Notes under the pieces: model-generated
What the model saw: the letters and a program-made list of their open reading frames with translations, nothing else
Told to the model about the DNA's origin: nothing
Databases searched by the model: none
NCBI GenBank assembly: GCA_047459655.1
Contig: JAJREF010000002.1
Span: 96,001-160,000, forward strand
Length of the DNA: 64,000 nt
Direction: 5' to 3'
DNA from: Rhabdochlamydiaceae bacterium
GTDB lineage: Bacteria; Chlamydiota; Chlamydiia; Chlamydiales; Rhabdochlamydiaceae
In this document: positions 11,731-22,938 of the stretch, piece after piece
Position numbering within the stretch: position 1 is the stretch's first letter
Layout: every line of letters starts with the position of its first letter
Program-made: the position numbers and the translations under genes

Positions 11731-12980
11731 TTATAGGGAGCAATAATCATGGAAGAGTTATGCCCGCCAAATCCAAAAGCGTTGATAAGAGCTGCAGTTA
11801 CAGTGAGATCTTGAGCTTTACCAGCAACAATATTTGTAGAACCAAGCCCCTCTTCAGGTTCGTCGACATTGATGGTGGGGTGGATTTTTTTCTTAAGAAT
11901 CGCTTGTAGAGCTACAACTGCTCCAAAAGCACCTGCGGCTCCCAATGTATGACCAATCATAGATTTTGTGGCATTGACAACTATCTTATCCATCTGGCCA
12001 CCAAATACTTTTTGAAGTCCAAAAATTTCACACATATCTCCAGCCGGAGTAGATGTTGCATGCGCATTCACATAATTGATGTCTTTTTTGGAAATTCCTG
12101 CATCTTCGATTGCTTTTTCCATACAGAAAGCTACCTCAGTGCCGTCTTCTCGAGGGCTAGTCATATGGTAAGCATCACAATTGACAGCCCCACCTAAATA
12201 TTCCCCAAGAATAACAGCTCCCCTAGCAAGCGCATGCTCTAAACTCTCCAGAACCAAAACAGCTGAGCCTTCTCCCATAACAAACCCATCTCTTTTTTTA
12301 TCCCAAGGGCGAGAAGCTTTTGTGGGTTCATCATTTCTTTCAGACAAAGCTTTAATAGCAACAAACCCTGCGACACCAATAGGAGTAAGCGGAGCTTCTG
12401 ATCCTCCACAAAGCATGAGATCTGCTTCTCCCCTGCGAATATGCTCTGCGGCTGCATTAATCGAGTAACTACCAGTTGCACATGCTGTCGAAATTGAGTA
12501 GTTCGGGCCCTTAAAACCTAGGTCAATTGCTAAAAGAGCTCCACACATGTTGGTAATAATATAAGGGACAAAAAAAGGCGTAAGTCTTTTAAAGCCCTGA
12601 TTTAACAGTGTTCCAACACCGTCATAAAAAACATTCATCCCACCCATCCCAGAACCTATGATGATTCCACAACGCTCTTTATTTAGCGTCTCTAAGTTAG
12701 GTCCTAAAAGGCCCGCTTGCTCCAAGGATTTTTTCCCAGCTACCATTCCATAGCGAATATAGGGATCTATACGCCTTGCTTGTTTTTTATCAATGTAGTT
12801 CTCTGTATCGAAAGAAAGAACGCTTCCTGCAAAGCGAGTAGGGTACTCTTCGCAAGGGAACTGATGAATCGCGGAGACTCCACTTTTTCCATCAAGTAAA
12901 TCCTGATAGAACCGGTCAACATCGTTTCCTAAGCAAGATACGATACCCATTCCTGTAATAACAACTCTTTTTTTAGACAT
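11721..12980 (-). CDS. fabF: 3-oxoacyl-ACP synthase II
   Basis: KRVVITGMG, STACATG, NAHATST, KSMIGH, FGFGGHN. Confidence 0.97.
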   Translation of the reverse strand: MSKKRVVITGMGIVSCLGNDVDRFYQDLLDGKSGVSAIHQFPCEEYPTRFAGSVLSFDTENYIDKKQARRIDPYIRYGMVAGKKSLEQAGLLGPNLETLNKERCGIIIGSGMGGMNVFYDGVGTLLNQGFKRLTPFFVPYIITNMCGALLAIDLGFKGPNYSISTACATGSYSINAAAEHIRRGEADLMLCGGSEAPLTPIGVAGFVAIKALSERNDEPTKASRPWDKKRDGFVMGEGSAVLVLESLEHALARGAVILGEYLGGAVNCDAYHMTSPREDGTEVAFCMEKAIEDAGISKKDINYVNAHATSTPAGDMCEIFGLQKVFGGQMDKIVVNATKSMIGHTLGAAGAFGAVVALQAILKKKIHPTINVDEPEEGLGSTNIVAGKAQDLTVTAALINAFGFGGHNSSMIIAPYKGL

Positions 12981-13059
12981 AAGTAGCTTGGAATATAGCG
13001 TAATAAGGCAATATTTCTCAATATTTTTAGATTGCGCTTTCACAAAATTTGGAGTACAC

Positions 13060-13390
13060 TTCGCATGTTCGACTATCAAGGGCGTGGATAGAATACTTCC
13101 TTACTTTGAAGAGGACCTCAAGCAGGGATATTATCCTTTTATATTTGAAGACCCCAATTCTTACTATGAAAAAATCTCTAGAGTCATTGGGAAAACAATT
13201 TTTGAAGATATAGCAAACTACTACAATTTGAAAACGCCCAATCTTCAGTACTTCAAGAAACTACTGACATATCTTGCTTCACCCCCCCGGGAGAACTAAA
13301 TATGCACAATTTAGCCAAGAACTTGGGAATAGATCACAAAACAGTAGAACACTACGTGTCGATTTTGGCTTCTGTTGGGCTCATTAGGGA
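13060..13390 (+). pseudogene. Internal fragment of an AAA+ ATPase (AAA_14/DUF4143-like)
   Basis: FEEDLKQGYYPF...IFEDI...LAKNLGIDHKTVEHYVSIL...GLI across a frameshift. No Walker A region; ends at element B1. Confidence 0.6.
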
Positions 13391-13549
13391 GTCTCTGGAT
13401 AAGTGCTTTGTCGGAGATTGCTGATCAGTTTTTCGAAGACGACGATTTTGGAGAACGCAGCTAACATGTAGAATGTTAGAGAGTTCGAAAAATCTAGTAT
13501 TCGCAAAAATTGGCGGCAAGATTTGGCAAATGACTTGTCCAGAGGTTCC
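13387..13549. mobile_element. Palindromic MITE-like element B1
   Basis: Degenerate left end and ACTTGTCCAGAGGTTCC right end, TTA on both sides. Highly similar to 19109-19270. Confidence 0.85.
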
Positions 13550-13951
13550 TTAAAGGGGAAATTCCGCTTTTTCTTTTTGGGTTTCTTTATTAGCCCCTAC
13601 GTTAATAGTAAGGTCGACGATTTTTCCCTCTTTCCAGAGCTGCTCAAGCTGGTATTTATCTCTGAGACCTGGCTGGAAAAGATGGACCATGATGTCAAAG
13701 AGATCAAGAACAGCCCATTCCCCTTCTTTAACTCCTTCTGTATGCTCGACTACTTCGCCCTTTTTTTCTAGAGCTTCTATGATAGCCTTACCGATAGCGC
13801 TTACATGGCGATCAACATTACCTTCTGCGATAATGACGTAATCTGTCATAAAAGAAACGCCTCGTACATCGAGAGCTAGGATGTTAATCCCTTTTTTATC
13901 GTAGATTGTTTGCGCAATGAGATTCAAAGTGTCTAAGGGATCTCTTTTCAT
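13550..13951 (-). CDS. rsfS: Ribosome silencing factor
   Basis: DKKGINI..DYVIIAEG..RHV..EG..WAVLD..VHLF..R..Y.LEQLW. Confidence 0.93.
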   Translation of the reverse strand: MKRDPLDTLNLIAQTIYDKKGINILALDVRGVSFMTDYVIIAEGNVDRHVSAIGKAIIEALEKKGEVVEHTEGVKEGEWAVLDLFDIMVHLFQPGLRDKYQLEQLWKEGKIVDLTINVGANKETQKEKAEFPL

Positions 13952-14574
13952 ACGTAGAGTCCATTTTCTTTAATGTACTCTCCTACTTTAATAGGGAGTA
14001 AATGTCCGCAATATAGGTTTTTTTTGAGGCGCGCCCTGATATCTGTGCTGCTGATTTCTATGATTGATGTTTTCGTAAGCCCTTCTTTCAAAATAGTAGC
14101 CACTTTTTTAGGGAGTTGTTTATTAGATAACTCATTTTCCTGTATCCGAGTTCCGATCAAGGGAGGGGCTAGCTCTACAAGCTCTTCAAAATCTTTCCAT
14201 AAGTGAAAGTTTTCTAAGGCATCTTCTCCTAAAATTAGGTGATACTCTTTCTCTTTGCTTGCATCCATTTTAATCAGGTATCTAATAGAGTCAATCGTAT
14301 AACAGGGGGCTGTTTTTTGGATTTCAATATCTAAAAACGTGAACTTGGGAATAGGGCCAATGGCAGCTACTACCATTGCCCGCCTTTGATCTTTTGTCGC
14401 AACAGGAGGCTCTTCTTGTTTATGAGGAGATTGACTAACAGGGCAAATAAGGACTTCATCAAGCTCATGGATTTCTAGCATTTGAATCGCAAGATTTACA
14501 TGTCCAATGTGAATGGGATCGAATGTTCCCCCAAAGAAACCAACTTTTTTTACCTTGCTCAAATCACACTCCAT
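13948..14574 (-). CDS. nadD: Nicotinate-nucleotide adenylyltransferase
   Basis: FGGTFDPIHIGH, YTIDS, ISSTDIR. Confidence 0.95.
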   Translation of the reverse strand: MECDLSKVKKVGFFGGTFDPIHIGHVNLAIQMLEIHELDEVLICPVSQSPHKQEEPPVATKDQRRAMVVAAIGPIPKFTFLDIEIQKTAPCYTIDSIRYLIKMDASKEKEYHLILGEDALENFHLWKDFEELVELAPPLIGTRIQENELSNKQLPKKVATILKEGLTKTSIIEISSTDIRARLKKNLYCGHLLPIKVGEYIKENGLYV

Positions 14575-15203
14575 TTGCGTAGGCGGGCTATTTTTAAGAG
14601 TTTACGGTCTGGATTCACAGCGATGGGACAACCTGCTTCTAGAAGAAAAGGGAGGTCATGGTAACTATCAGAATAAGCTGTGATAGCGTCTTTCGATATT
14701 TGAAAATGTATAGCTAATTCCAACAGATAAGCTGCTTTATTTCTTCCTTCCATTAATTTCGCAATCTTGCACAAGCGGCGATCTTTGTCAACTGTGTACT
14801 TGGTTGCTCCCCACTCATCGACTTGAAAAAATTGGGCAATAGGCTCTACTAAAAAGTCAGGGGAATTAGACAGAATAACTGTATAATCGCCTCTTTTTTG
14901 AGCTTTGAATAATTCTGCCACCGTTGGCAAGTAAAGAGAAGAAAATAGAAAGTTCTCCAAAAAAGAGGGAACCTGTTTTTTTAAGGTAGTAAGAGGTAGT
15001 CCTAGAAGGATTTTTTTAAATACCTTGTCATGCAATTCTTCAATGGAAAGAAAAGAAAGTTCGTGGCCTATTCTATAGGCTGCACAACAGAGTAATTGTT
15101 TAAAAGAAATGATCTTGCATTTGTAAAGATGTCTACAAAACTCGTAACTGCTGTTAGAAGCTAAAAGAGTCTTATCAAGATCAAAGGCGGCGAGTTTCAA
15201 CAT
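14559..15203 (-). CDS. HAD-IB family phosphatase
   Basis: FDLDKTL motif I; AYSDSYHDLPFL and AVNPD motifs. Confidence 0.9.
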   Translation of the reverse strand: MLKLAAFDLDKTLLASNSSYEFCRHLYKCKIISFKQLLCCAAYRIGHELSFLSIEELHDKVFKKILLGLPLTTLKKQVPSFLENFLFSSLYLPTVAELFKAQKRGDYTVILSNSPDFLVEPIAQFFQVDEWGATKYTVDKDRRLCKIAKLMEGRNKAAYLLELAIHFQISKDAITAYSDSYHDLPFLLEAGCPIAVNPDRKLLKIARLRKWSVI

Positions 15204-15217
15204 CCCGGAGCCCTTAG

Positions 15218-16649
15218 TTACGCAAGAGGTCTATCTTCCAAGCTGCTGATCTTATCTTCTATATCTTCTATAGCAGCATTGACTTTATCTAAGCGCAATT
15301 TTTCCGCATCCATCATCTCTCGGTAATGCATGGCTTTTTCGAAGTCAAAGTCAGACCCAGCAAGAGCTTTGCGGTAATGGTCTACTTGCAACTTGATCTC
15401 AGCGCGTTGAGCTTGCCCTTCTGCCAATTTCTCATTTAAATAGGCAAGAGATTGCTGCTGCTCTGGGGAAAGAGTAGATAAAGCTTTTTCTTTTTTATCG
15501 AGGATTTTATCTCGCATTTTCTTCAAAAGATTCTCTAGAATTTCTTTTTCAGCAACGGCTAACATCAATTTTTTGACTTTCTGAGAAAGTTGTTCGCGGA
15601 GTGCAATTGCTAAATCAAGAGGAGTAACTTCAACAGATTCTAGAGCTTGCTGGATTTCAGTACGAAGCTCTTCTAGTTTTTCTCTCTTTTGACGTTGTAG
15701 CACTTCTATTTGTAAATTTCTTTCCTCTTCTTCTTTAGAAACTTTCACTAAGACCTGCCTACTTTCTTCTTTTTTCTGTAGGTATTCCTTTCTAAAAGCA
15801 TCTTCTCTCTCTTTTAAAAGATCCCAGCATTTACTCAGAATAACACGCGTATGGTTAAAACTATGGGCATCTAACGTAAAATCCTTTGCAACAGACTGAA
15901 GGCTTTTAATTCTCTGCCTTGACGTTAAAAGTAGGCTGGTTTGCTTGAGAAGCATCTTCGAAGTTTATTTTAGCAAATGCTTCCAAATCCCTTAAAAACT
16001 GTTCTGAGACTTGCTTAATTAATTCTTTCCGTCTTGGGAAAACACTATCACCCACAATTGAAAGACGCTCAAAAAACTTGTTCTTGATCCGTGCTCTCAT
16101 TTCTGTTTTAATGATTTCTTTACGCAAGCTATTAACACGCGAGGCCATGGTATTTAGCCAATGCAACTCTCGTTGCAGAGCATGGTAGAGCTCTTTGTTT
16201 TTAGAAAGTGTCTGGACAAAATCCAAAGATACCTGGCAGGGAAGCTGCGCTATGATCTTATCTCGATTTAGCAAATCTTGCTCGAGAGCGTTAATAGCCA
16301 AATCTAGTTGTTCTACGATGAAAGCCGACTGTTCATCCAGTATATCCTTGAGTTGCTTTCCTTCTGCAGAAATTTCAATATATTCCTTCCAAAAGCGGGA
16401 ACGGGAGGAAGAGTTAAGATTTTCCTTGAAAAAGGGGAGGCAGATCTTCTTAATTTCCCAAAAGTCTCTAAACCGAGGAGAGGATTTTTCAGCAAGGGCC
16501 TTTTGCATGAAATCAAGACTCAAGCGAATCTTCTCTTCTGGTTTCTTAGATTGACTTAGAGATTCTTGAAATTTGTCAAAAGGAGCAAGCTCTTTTTCTG
16601 CTTGGATAGGATCTTGCTCTGCCTGTAGGTCTTCAGTCGTAATACTCAT
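15218..16649 (-). CDS. Conserved chlamydial coiled-coil protein (CT768-like), one frameshift near 15905
   Basis: Two abutting helical ORFs between miaA and nadD/rsfS. Assignment rests on recalled chlamydial synteny. Confidence 0.65.
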
Positions 16650-16721
16650 ATATTTAAATCCTAGGAAGACAGTCTAATGCAAAGAGTTATTAAGATTAAA
16701 GTCTAAAGTTTTTTTTTAGCC

Positions 16722-17743
16722 TTACCCTAGCTCATAATCTTGAATAATCATTTCGGCGGTATGATCAAAGCCCATAGTGCCAATATCGATCCAACGAAAG
16801 AGCTCTTCTTTCCTAAACCACGTGAACTGCCGCTTCGCGTAGCGGCGTGAAGCTTGCTTAAAAAGGTCTACAAATTGGGTCCAATCTTCGACCGTCTGAG
16901 GAGTCTTTAAAAAATCTAGACACTGGCGATAGCCAATTGCTTGGGCAGCTGTCGTATTATTACGAAGACCTTCTTGATCTAATTGCTTGACCTCCTGCAC
17001 AAACCCATTCGTGAGCATCTGCTCACATCTTGCTTCAATCTTGGGATATAAAACCTCTTTGGGCGTATACACAAACCAACATCGAAAATCATATTCATGG
17101 GAGATGTGGCATGCTTTCTCAAAAAAAGAGACTTTCTGATTTGTTAGAGTGATGATTTCAAGGGCACGCACGATTTTATGGCGGTCTCTAAAAGTAATGG
17201 TAGCAGCATATTCAGCATCTAATTTTTTTAACCTTTCATACATAGCAAGTAAGCCAAGAACATCTACCTCTTGTTCTAGCTTTTCTCTTACTTCAGGAAC
17301 TGAAGCAGGACCACACGGTGGCCCATAGATTAAAGAGTGGATATAAAAACCTGTTCCTCCTACTACAATCGGCACATGATCTCTTGCAAAAATTTCCCTA
17401 AAGGCCTGCATAGCCTCGCTGTAAAACTCAACCACATTAAATGTTTCATCAAGATCCCGGCTATCGATCAGATGGTGGCGGATAGAGCCTCTTTCTGCAG
17501 GTGTAACTTTAGCGGTTCCAATATCCATACCCCTGTAGACTTGCATCGAATCAGCAGACACAATCTCTCCCCCTATGGCTCGTGCAATCATAAGAGAAAG
17601 TTGCGTCTTTCCCACTCCCGTAGGCCCCGCAATGATAATGATTCTCTTTTTTATGAAAAGTGGGAATTCTTGCTTTTAGAGGCAGGTCAAAACCTTGAAC
17701 CTTTGATCCTTCGAAGATAAAATTCGAATGCACAGCAACCCAT
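16722..17743 (-). CDS. miaA: tRNA dimethylallyltransferase (5' frameshift, start approximate)
   Basis: GPTGVGKT, SADSMQVYRGMDIGTAK, VGGTGFY, YAKRQFTWF. Confidence 0.95.
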
Positions 17744-17806
17744 CTGGGGTTAAATGATGATTATACACATTAAACACGACGTGAGAATTTTTCTAATAGA
17801 AAATAT

Positions 17807-18037
17807 TTACTGGATAAGCTCAATACGAACGCGTCTACCAAATCTTGCTCCCACAATCATGGCGATCGTGCGTAGGGCCTTAATAGTACGACCTTGCTTG
17901 CCAATAATTTTAGCGACATCGCCTGAAAAAGCTCTGACTTCTATCATGGTTCCCTGATCGCCCTCTACTATTTGGATATCGACAGATTCAGGTTGATCAA
18001 CAAGATTTTGAATTAGATATGCAATAAATTCTTTCAT
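17807..18037 (-). CDS. khpA: KH-domain RNA-binding protein
   Basis: MKEFIAYLIQNLVDQP...IIGKQGRTIKALR. Confidence 0.85.
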   Translation of the reverse strand: MKEFIAYLIQNLVDQPESVDIQIVEGDQGTMIEVRAFSGDVAKIIGKQGRTIKALRTIAMIVGARFGRRVRIELIQ

Positions 18038-18106
18038 ATTCAGTCTTTTTTCTTTCCGCTGAAGAAGACAGGATACCAATCGCTCAAATTTGGCGCAATC
18101 GGTTTT

Positions 18107-19306
18107 TTACTTGTCTAGTGAGAAAAAAGATTCATTTATAAGATCTGCTATTTCCCTTTTCATAGTTTTTTTGTACTCAAGCCACCATGCATAACACTTT
18201 GCACGAAGCGCTTCTAGCTCCACAGGGTTTTCTAATAATTTTTGGACAATAGCTGGCGCCTCACCCAAGTATTAACTGCCAAGAAAGGATAATCTCCCAT
18301 TAGCCTTTGGAAATAATCAAAAGGAATTTTTTCAACAATCGAAATACAACCACATTCCAAGGCTTCGCAGACTCTAAAGCAATCAAAATTCCAACAACCC
18401 TTAGGGCATGGCATAAAGGTGGTATTTAGAAACAAGTTTCGATACTCCTCAATAGAAAGAGAATCTGGCCCATTAAAAGACATGATCTCATGTATAAAAT
18501 AGTGAGGAATATTTTCATGCTTGGAGCCATTGCTATTCGGGTGCTTTTGGTAATCTGCCCTGCAAAACTCCAGTTGTACATCCGCTTAGAAACCTCTTAA
18601 TCTCAGGGTGCATCCCATCTCCCCAAAAAACCTGCTCGTATCCGAATAGAAAAAATTTGATCTTTGTATTTACAACCGCTAATGGCTGCTTTTTTCTAAA
18701 TATATTCCTTGTGTTCAGAATGGGTTTTAGAAATTTTTTATGCCAATAATTTCTTAAAACAAATGCGCAATACTGATAAAAGTTCGTTGATTCTGTATAA
18801 ATTTCATCTGATGAAATAATAGCGCCTACTTTGTATTTCATATCGTGTAATTTAGCAAAATAATGTTCAATTTTATCTCCAACTCCCCCACAAATAATGA
18901 TTGATTTATCCATGAAGATTTCATATTTTCCATCTACTACTTCTAATATTTCTCTTATCCAGTCTCGCTGATGAAATTTTTCAGGAAAGGCATCTAATGC
19001 TTCTATCTGCCAAATTAGATTAACGGTATAAGAAGACGCCAAAATACAAGATGATAAACATAGAGCGATAATTAGCTTAAATAGAAGCCTTCCAGATGTG
19101 GTAGTTAAGGAACCTCTGGACAAGTGCTTTGTCGGAGATTGCTGATCAATTTTTCGAAGATGACGATTTTGGAGAGCGCAGCTAACATGCAGAATGTTAG
19201 CGAGTTCGAAAAATCTCATATTCGCAAAAATTGGCGGCAAGATTCGGCAAATGACTTGTCCAGAGGTTACTTAAGCAATCTTTAAAAAAACAATCAGCCA
19301 AGACAT
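18107..19306 (-). CDS. Exostosin/GT47-like glycosyltransferase, frameshifted, with element B2 in its 5' region
   Basis: C-terminal FMPCPKG..DCFRVCEALECGCI resembles the GT47 signature; N-terminal hydrophobic segment. Confidence 0.55.
19109..19270. mobile_element. Palindromic MITE-like element B2 (162 nt, TTAA both sides)
   Basis: GGAACCTCTGGACAAGT...ACTTGTCCAGAGGTTAC with an internal GCTAACAT/ATGTTAGC hairpin. Confidence 0.9.
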
Positions 19307-19511
19307 AGATCCCACTCCCTTTTTGTAAACTCTGAACGCATATTCTTGCAGATAGACACCTTACATGAAATGTTCATTTTGAATACAAAATTTAATCTCT
19401 TGTTCTTTTTGACATTGCGCTGATATGTTAGAAATTAATTTCAATTACCCAGATGTTTTCTTGCTATAGCGATACATACCTAGCAGAATCGAAAAATCAA
19501 AGGAGTTAAAG

Positions 19512-20215
19512 ATGTTGATGTGTTTATTAATATTATTATGTCAATGGATAGGATTAACAGCGAACCCGACTGACCTCCCACCACCTTATGATAGCGTAGA
19601 GCTCTTACCCTTTAATCCCCACGGTTGGTTTGCGGAGGGAATCGAGTAAACATAGAAAAGCTTATAAAAAAGAGGCAAGTAAAAGTAGTCGTTGAAGTAG
19701 GTTCTTGGCTTGGAGCCTCTACACGCCATATAGCCAATATGCTTCCCGAAGATGGCGTGGTGTATGCGGTTGATCACTGGCTGGGGTCTCCTAACGAGGA
19801 TAATAGCGCCTATGATATACCTAATTTATATACACAATTTCTTTCAAATGTAATCCATACAAACCTAACCCATAAGATCATCCCATTGAGAATGTCTAGT
19901 CTAGAAGCTGCTAAAACGTTTACAGTTAAACCTGATTTAATCTATCTCGATGCTACCCACGACTTCGAGAATGTTTATGCAGACTTACAGACCTGGTTTC
20001 CTTTTGTCAAAGGACATGGCATCCTCTGTGGAGATGATTATTACTGGAAAGACGATCTTAAACGCGCTGTAGACTTGTTTGCCGAGGAAAATAATCTTGT
20101 AGTCCATGATATGGGTTGGTTTTGGTACTATGAAGAAAAGGATCTGTTGCCACAAAACGATAAAGAAAGGCAATTATTGCCAAAAAAAAGACAAGGCTTT
20201 ATGCGCCACAGATGA
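19512..20215 (-). other. No separate minus-strand feature; the gene here is on the + strand (next entry)
   Basis: Antisense ORFs 19586-19777 and 19985-20173 are shadows of the + strand gene. Confidence 0.1.
19512..20215 (+). CDS. Class I SAM-dependent methyltransferase (Methyltransf_24-like) with signal-peptide-like N-terminus, frameshift near 19635
   Basis: RBS AGGAG, hydrophobic MLMCLLILLCQWIG, VEVGSWLGAS, DLIYLDATH, GILCGDDY. Confidence 0.85.
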
Positions 20216-20237
20216 CGTGTCTATTTCTTGCTAGGCG

Positions 20238-21772
20238 CTAATTTTTTACAACAAGAGCCTGAGCTTGGTTTCCTCTTCGTCCATAGATGTAGAAGGCACT
20301 GAGAATGGGAATGAGAAAAATAAAGACCCATCCCATAATATAGAAACAATCATTTAATCCGAGCATAGCAGCTTGCTGATCAACAATCACATTGAGGGCG
20401 GCAAGGCCCTCTTGGCCTTTGAGGCCTTGGGTACTTAAATCCGTTAACATTTCATTGGTTTGCCAAGAAAATGGGGTGGCATGCTCTCCTAGAACTTCAT
20501 GATGGTAGCTTGTTCTCCTTTCCCACAACGTGGTAAAAATAGATGTCCCAAATCCTCCAACCATTGCTCTTACAAAATGGAAAAGACCTGTTGCACTGGG
20601 AAGGCTTGGGCTGGGAATATCTTGCAGACTCAAAGCAAATGCAGGTGTTATAAATAAGGTCACTCCAATTCCAAAAAAGAAACGTGATAAGGCGATGTGA
20701 AAGAAGTCGATGTTAGTGTCAAATAAAGTGGGGTAGAAAGAGGATAATATAAAGCATACCACTCCTAAAATCATAGGCCTCAACGTTCCGAATCTGTTGA
20801 TCACTTGACCAATAAAAGCAGAAAAAGAAAGGGGAAAATCCCAAAAGGTGCAACTGCAAAGCCTGACCATGGGGCAGTATAATTCATATACTCCTTAAGC
20901 CATAGGGGAACTAAGACGATTGACCCAAAGTAAAGGGCATAGAAAAACATAAAGGAAAATAGAGAGGTAAAAAAGCTTCCGATCTTCATCAGCCTTAAAT
21001 CGACAAAAGGCCGATGGTGCTTAAGCTCCCAAGCAATAAAAAAAGTGAAGGAAATCAGGCAAATAGTTGCTAAACTCTTAATAATGTGTGATCGGAACCA
21101 ATCAAATTGTTGTCCTTTATCAAGGATAATCTGCAGCGTGGCAACGCCGATTAGAAGAAGGGAAAAACCTAACCAATCCATCGGTTTTTTTTCTAAGATC
21201 CCTACCTTATCTTTGAGCAGCGCCCAAATTACGGTAGCTGCAATAAGACCTATAGGAATATTGATATAAAAAATCCAGGGCCAGGAATAATCAAACGCAA
21301 TCCATCCTCCGAGTACGGGACCAAGAATAGGCCCTATCAAAACAACAGCACTAAAAAAAGCTAGCACCTTATTTTTCTTTTCTGGAGGATTAACTTCTAT
21401 GAGAAGTGTCTGGCTTAAAGGGACCAAAGGACCCGAAACAAGCCCCTGAAAAAATCTACATATGACAAGCATTGTAATATTAAAGGAAAATCCACAGAGA
21501 AAAGAAAATAAAGCAAAGAGAATTACAGAGCTTACAAGGCATTTCACCAATCCAACTCTTTTAGAAAGCCAATCTGACATGGGAAGAGCAACGGCATTTC
21601 CCACTGCAAACGATGTGATGACATAAATCCCCTCCTCCACACTAACAGCTAGATCCCCTGCAATGTATGCAATACAAACATTGGCAATTGAGTAATCAAG
21701 CACAATAAGAAGCGTTGCCATGCAAAGCGCTATGTTCAAAAAAATTCTTGTTGCTGAAGATAAAGTTTTCAA
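20238..21772 (-). CDS. emrB: DHA2-family MFS efflux permease (frameshift near 20830)
   Basis: LDYSIANV, GPVLGGWI, WIFYINIPIG, LDKGQQFDWF. Confidence 0.9.
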
Positions 21773-22938
21773 CGATCCTCTTGCGCCATCAAAAGGGTAC
21801 CCACATTTTCTTTAATAATCCTTTCAAATACCTCTTCTACCCCTTCTATTTGCTTACCATAGACACTCGAGCCATAGATACGTTTTTCAGTCATTACCTG
21901 AGGCAGAACCTTTCCTAAACGATCGTGAGTATCGATCACAACATCTAAAGAAAGTCCCAACCTCAGGGGATATTGGGTAATCTGTTCCATCGGCAGAGAA
22001 ATTCTAACGGGGAGTCTCTGAACAATTTTAATCCAATTACCTGTTGCATTTTGGGGTGGAAGGAGAGAAAAAACACTACCAGTTCCACCTTCTATTCCCA
22101 TTACATTCCCATTAAAAATTACACTACTCCCATAAAAATCTGCTGTGACTCTAACTGGTTGCCCGAGTCTGACATATCGTAGATCTCTTTCTTTGAAGTT
22201 GGCCTCTACCCAAATTTGGTCTAGGGGTATGACCGCTAGTAAATTAAAGCCAGAGCCTACCGTCTCTCCTACTTGAGCTGTCCGTTTTGCGATAATCCCT
22301 TTTGCTGGCGCAAGAATTTGGCAACGCTTGAGGTTTATCCAGGCAAGTTCGAGCGACTCTTTTGCTTTTTTGACAAGAGGATGGGTTACTACAGTGGTAT
22401 GAGCAACTTGAGCAAGAGCTGCTTTATATCTGTACTCTGCAAATATAAGAGAAGCCACTGCAGCAGAAAGAGAATTCTCAGAATGTTCAAAATCTTCTGT
22501 AGACACGCCCCCTTCTTCGATCAGTCCCTTGCGATGCTCGAAATCTTGGACAGCCTGCTTCAGTTTTGCTTTTTTAATATCTATTTGCGCTTTATATTCC
22601 TCAACTTGCGCAAATAATTTTGTCACATGACGAAGCATCTGGCCTAGCTCTGCTTCTGCTGACTGCAGTGCTATTCTAGCGTCTGTAGAATCAAGTTCAA
22701 TCAGGAGCTGTCCTTCCTCCACAAGCTGCGTATTGTCGACATAAATTGCGCTAATTGTCCCGTGAACCTGCGGGGTTACAATGACCATATTACCTGTGAC
22801 ATAGGCATCTTTTGTACCCGCCTGAAAACGCCCCCACATGTACCAATACGCAAAGATGAAAATAGCAGCTGTAACAAAAATGACGGTGATCCACAAAAGA
22901 ACGTGGGAAGATTTAGAAGGAGACTTAACCTCATCCAT
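21769..22938 (-). CDS. emrA: Efflux membrane fusion protein
   Basis: DAYV, WVEANFKE, FSLLPPQNATGNWIKIVQRLPVRI. Confidence 0.93.
   Translation of the reverse strand: MDEVKSPSKSSHVLLWITVIFVTAAIFIFAYWYMWGRFQAGTKDAYVTGNMVIVTPQVHGTISAIYVDNTQLVEEGQLLIELDSTDARIALQSAEAELGQMLRHVTKLFAQVEEYKAQIDIKKAKLKQAVQDFEHRKGLIEEGGVSTEDFEHSENSLSAAVASLIFAEYRYKAALAQVAHTTVVTHPLVKKAKESLELAWINLKRCQILAPAKGIIAKRTAQVGETVGSGFNLLAVIPLDQIWVEANFKERDLRYVRLGQPVRVTADFYGSSVIFNGNVMGIEGGTGSVFSLLPPQNATGNWIKIVQRLPVRISLPMEQITQYPLRLGLSLDVVIDTHDRLGKVLPQVMTEKRIYGSSVYGKQIEGVEEVFERIIKENVGTLLMAQEDR

Noticed and set aside
11586..11909. ORFs beginning MNDFTAP/MNDLTSA (also 37756-37965) as independent small genes
   Set aside because: They are translations of palindromic element A running into antisense or flanking sequence.
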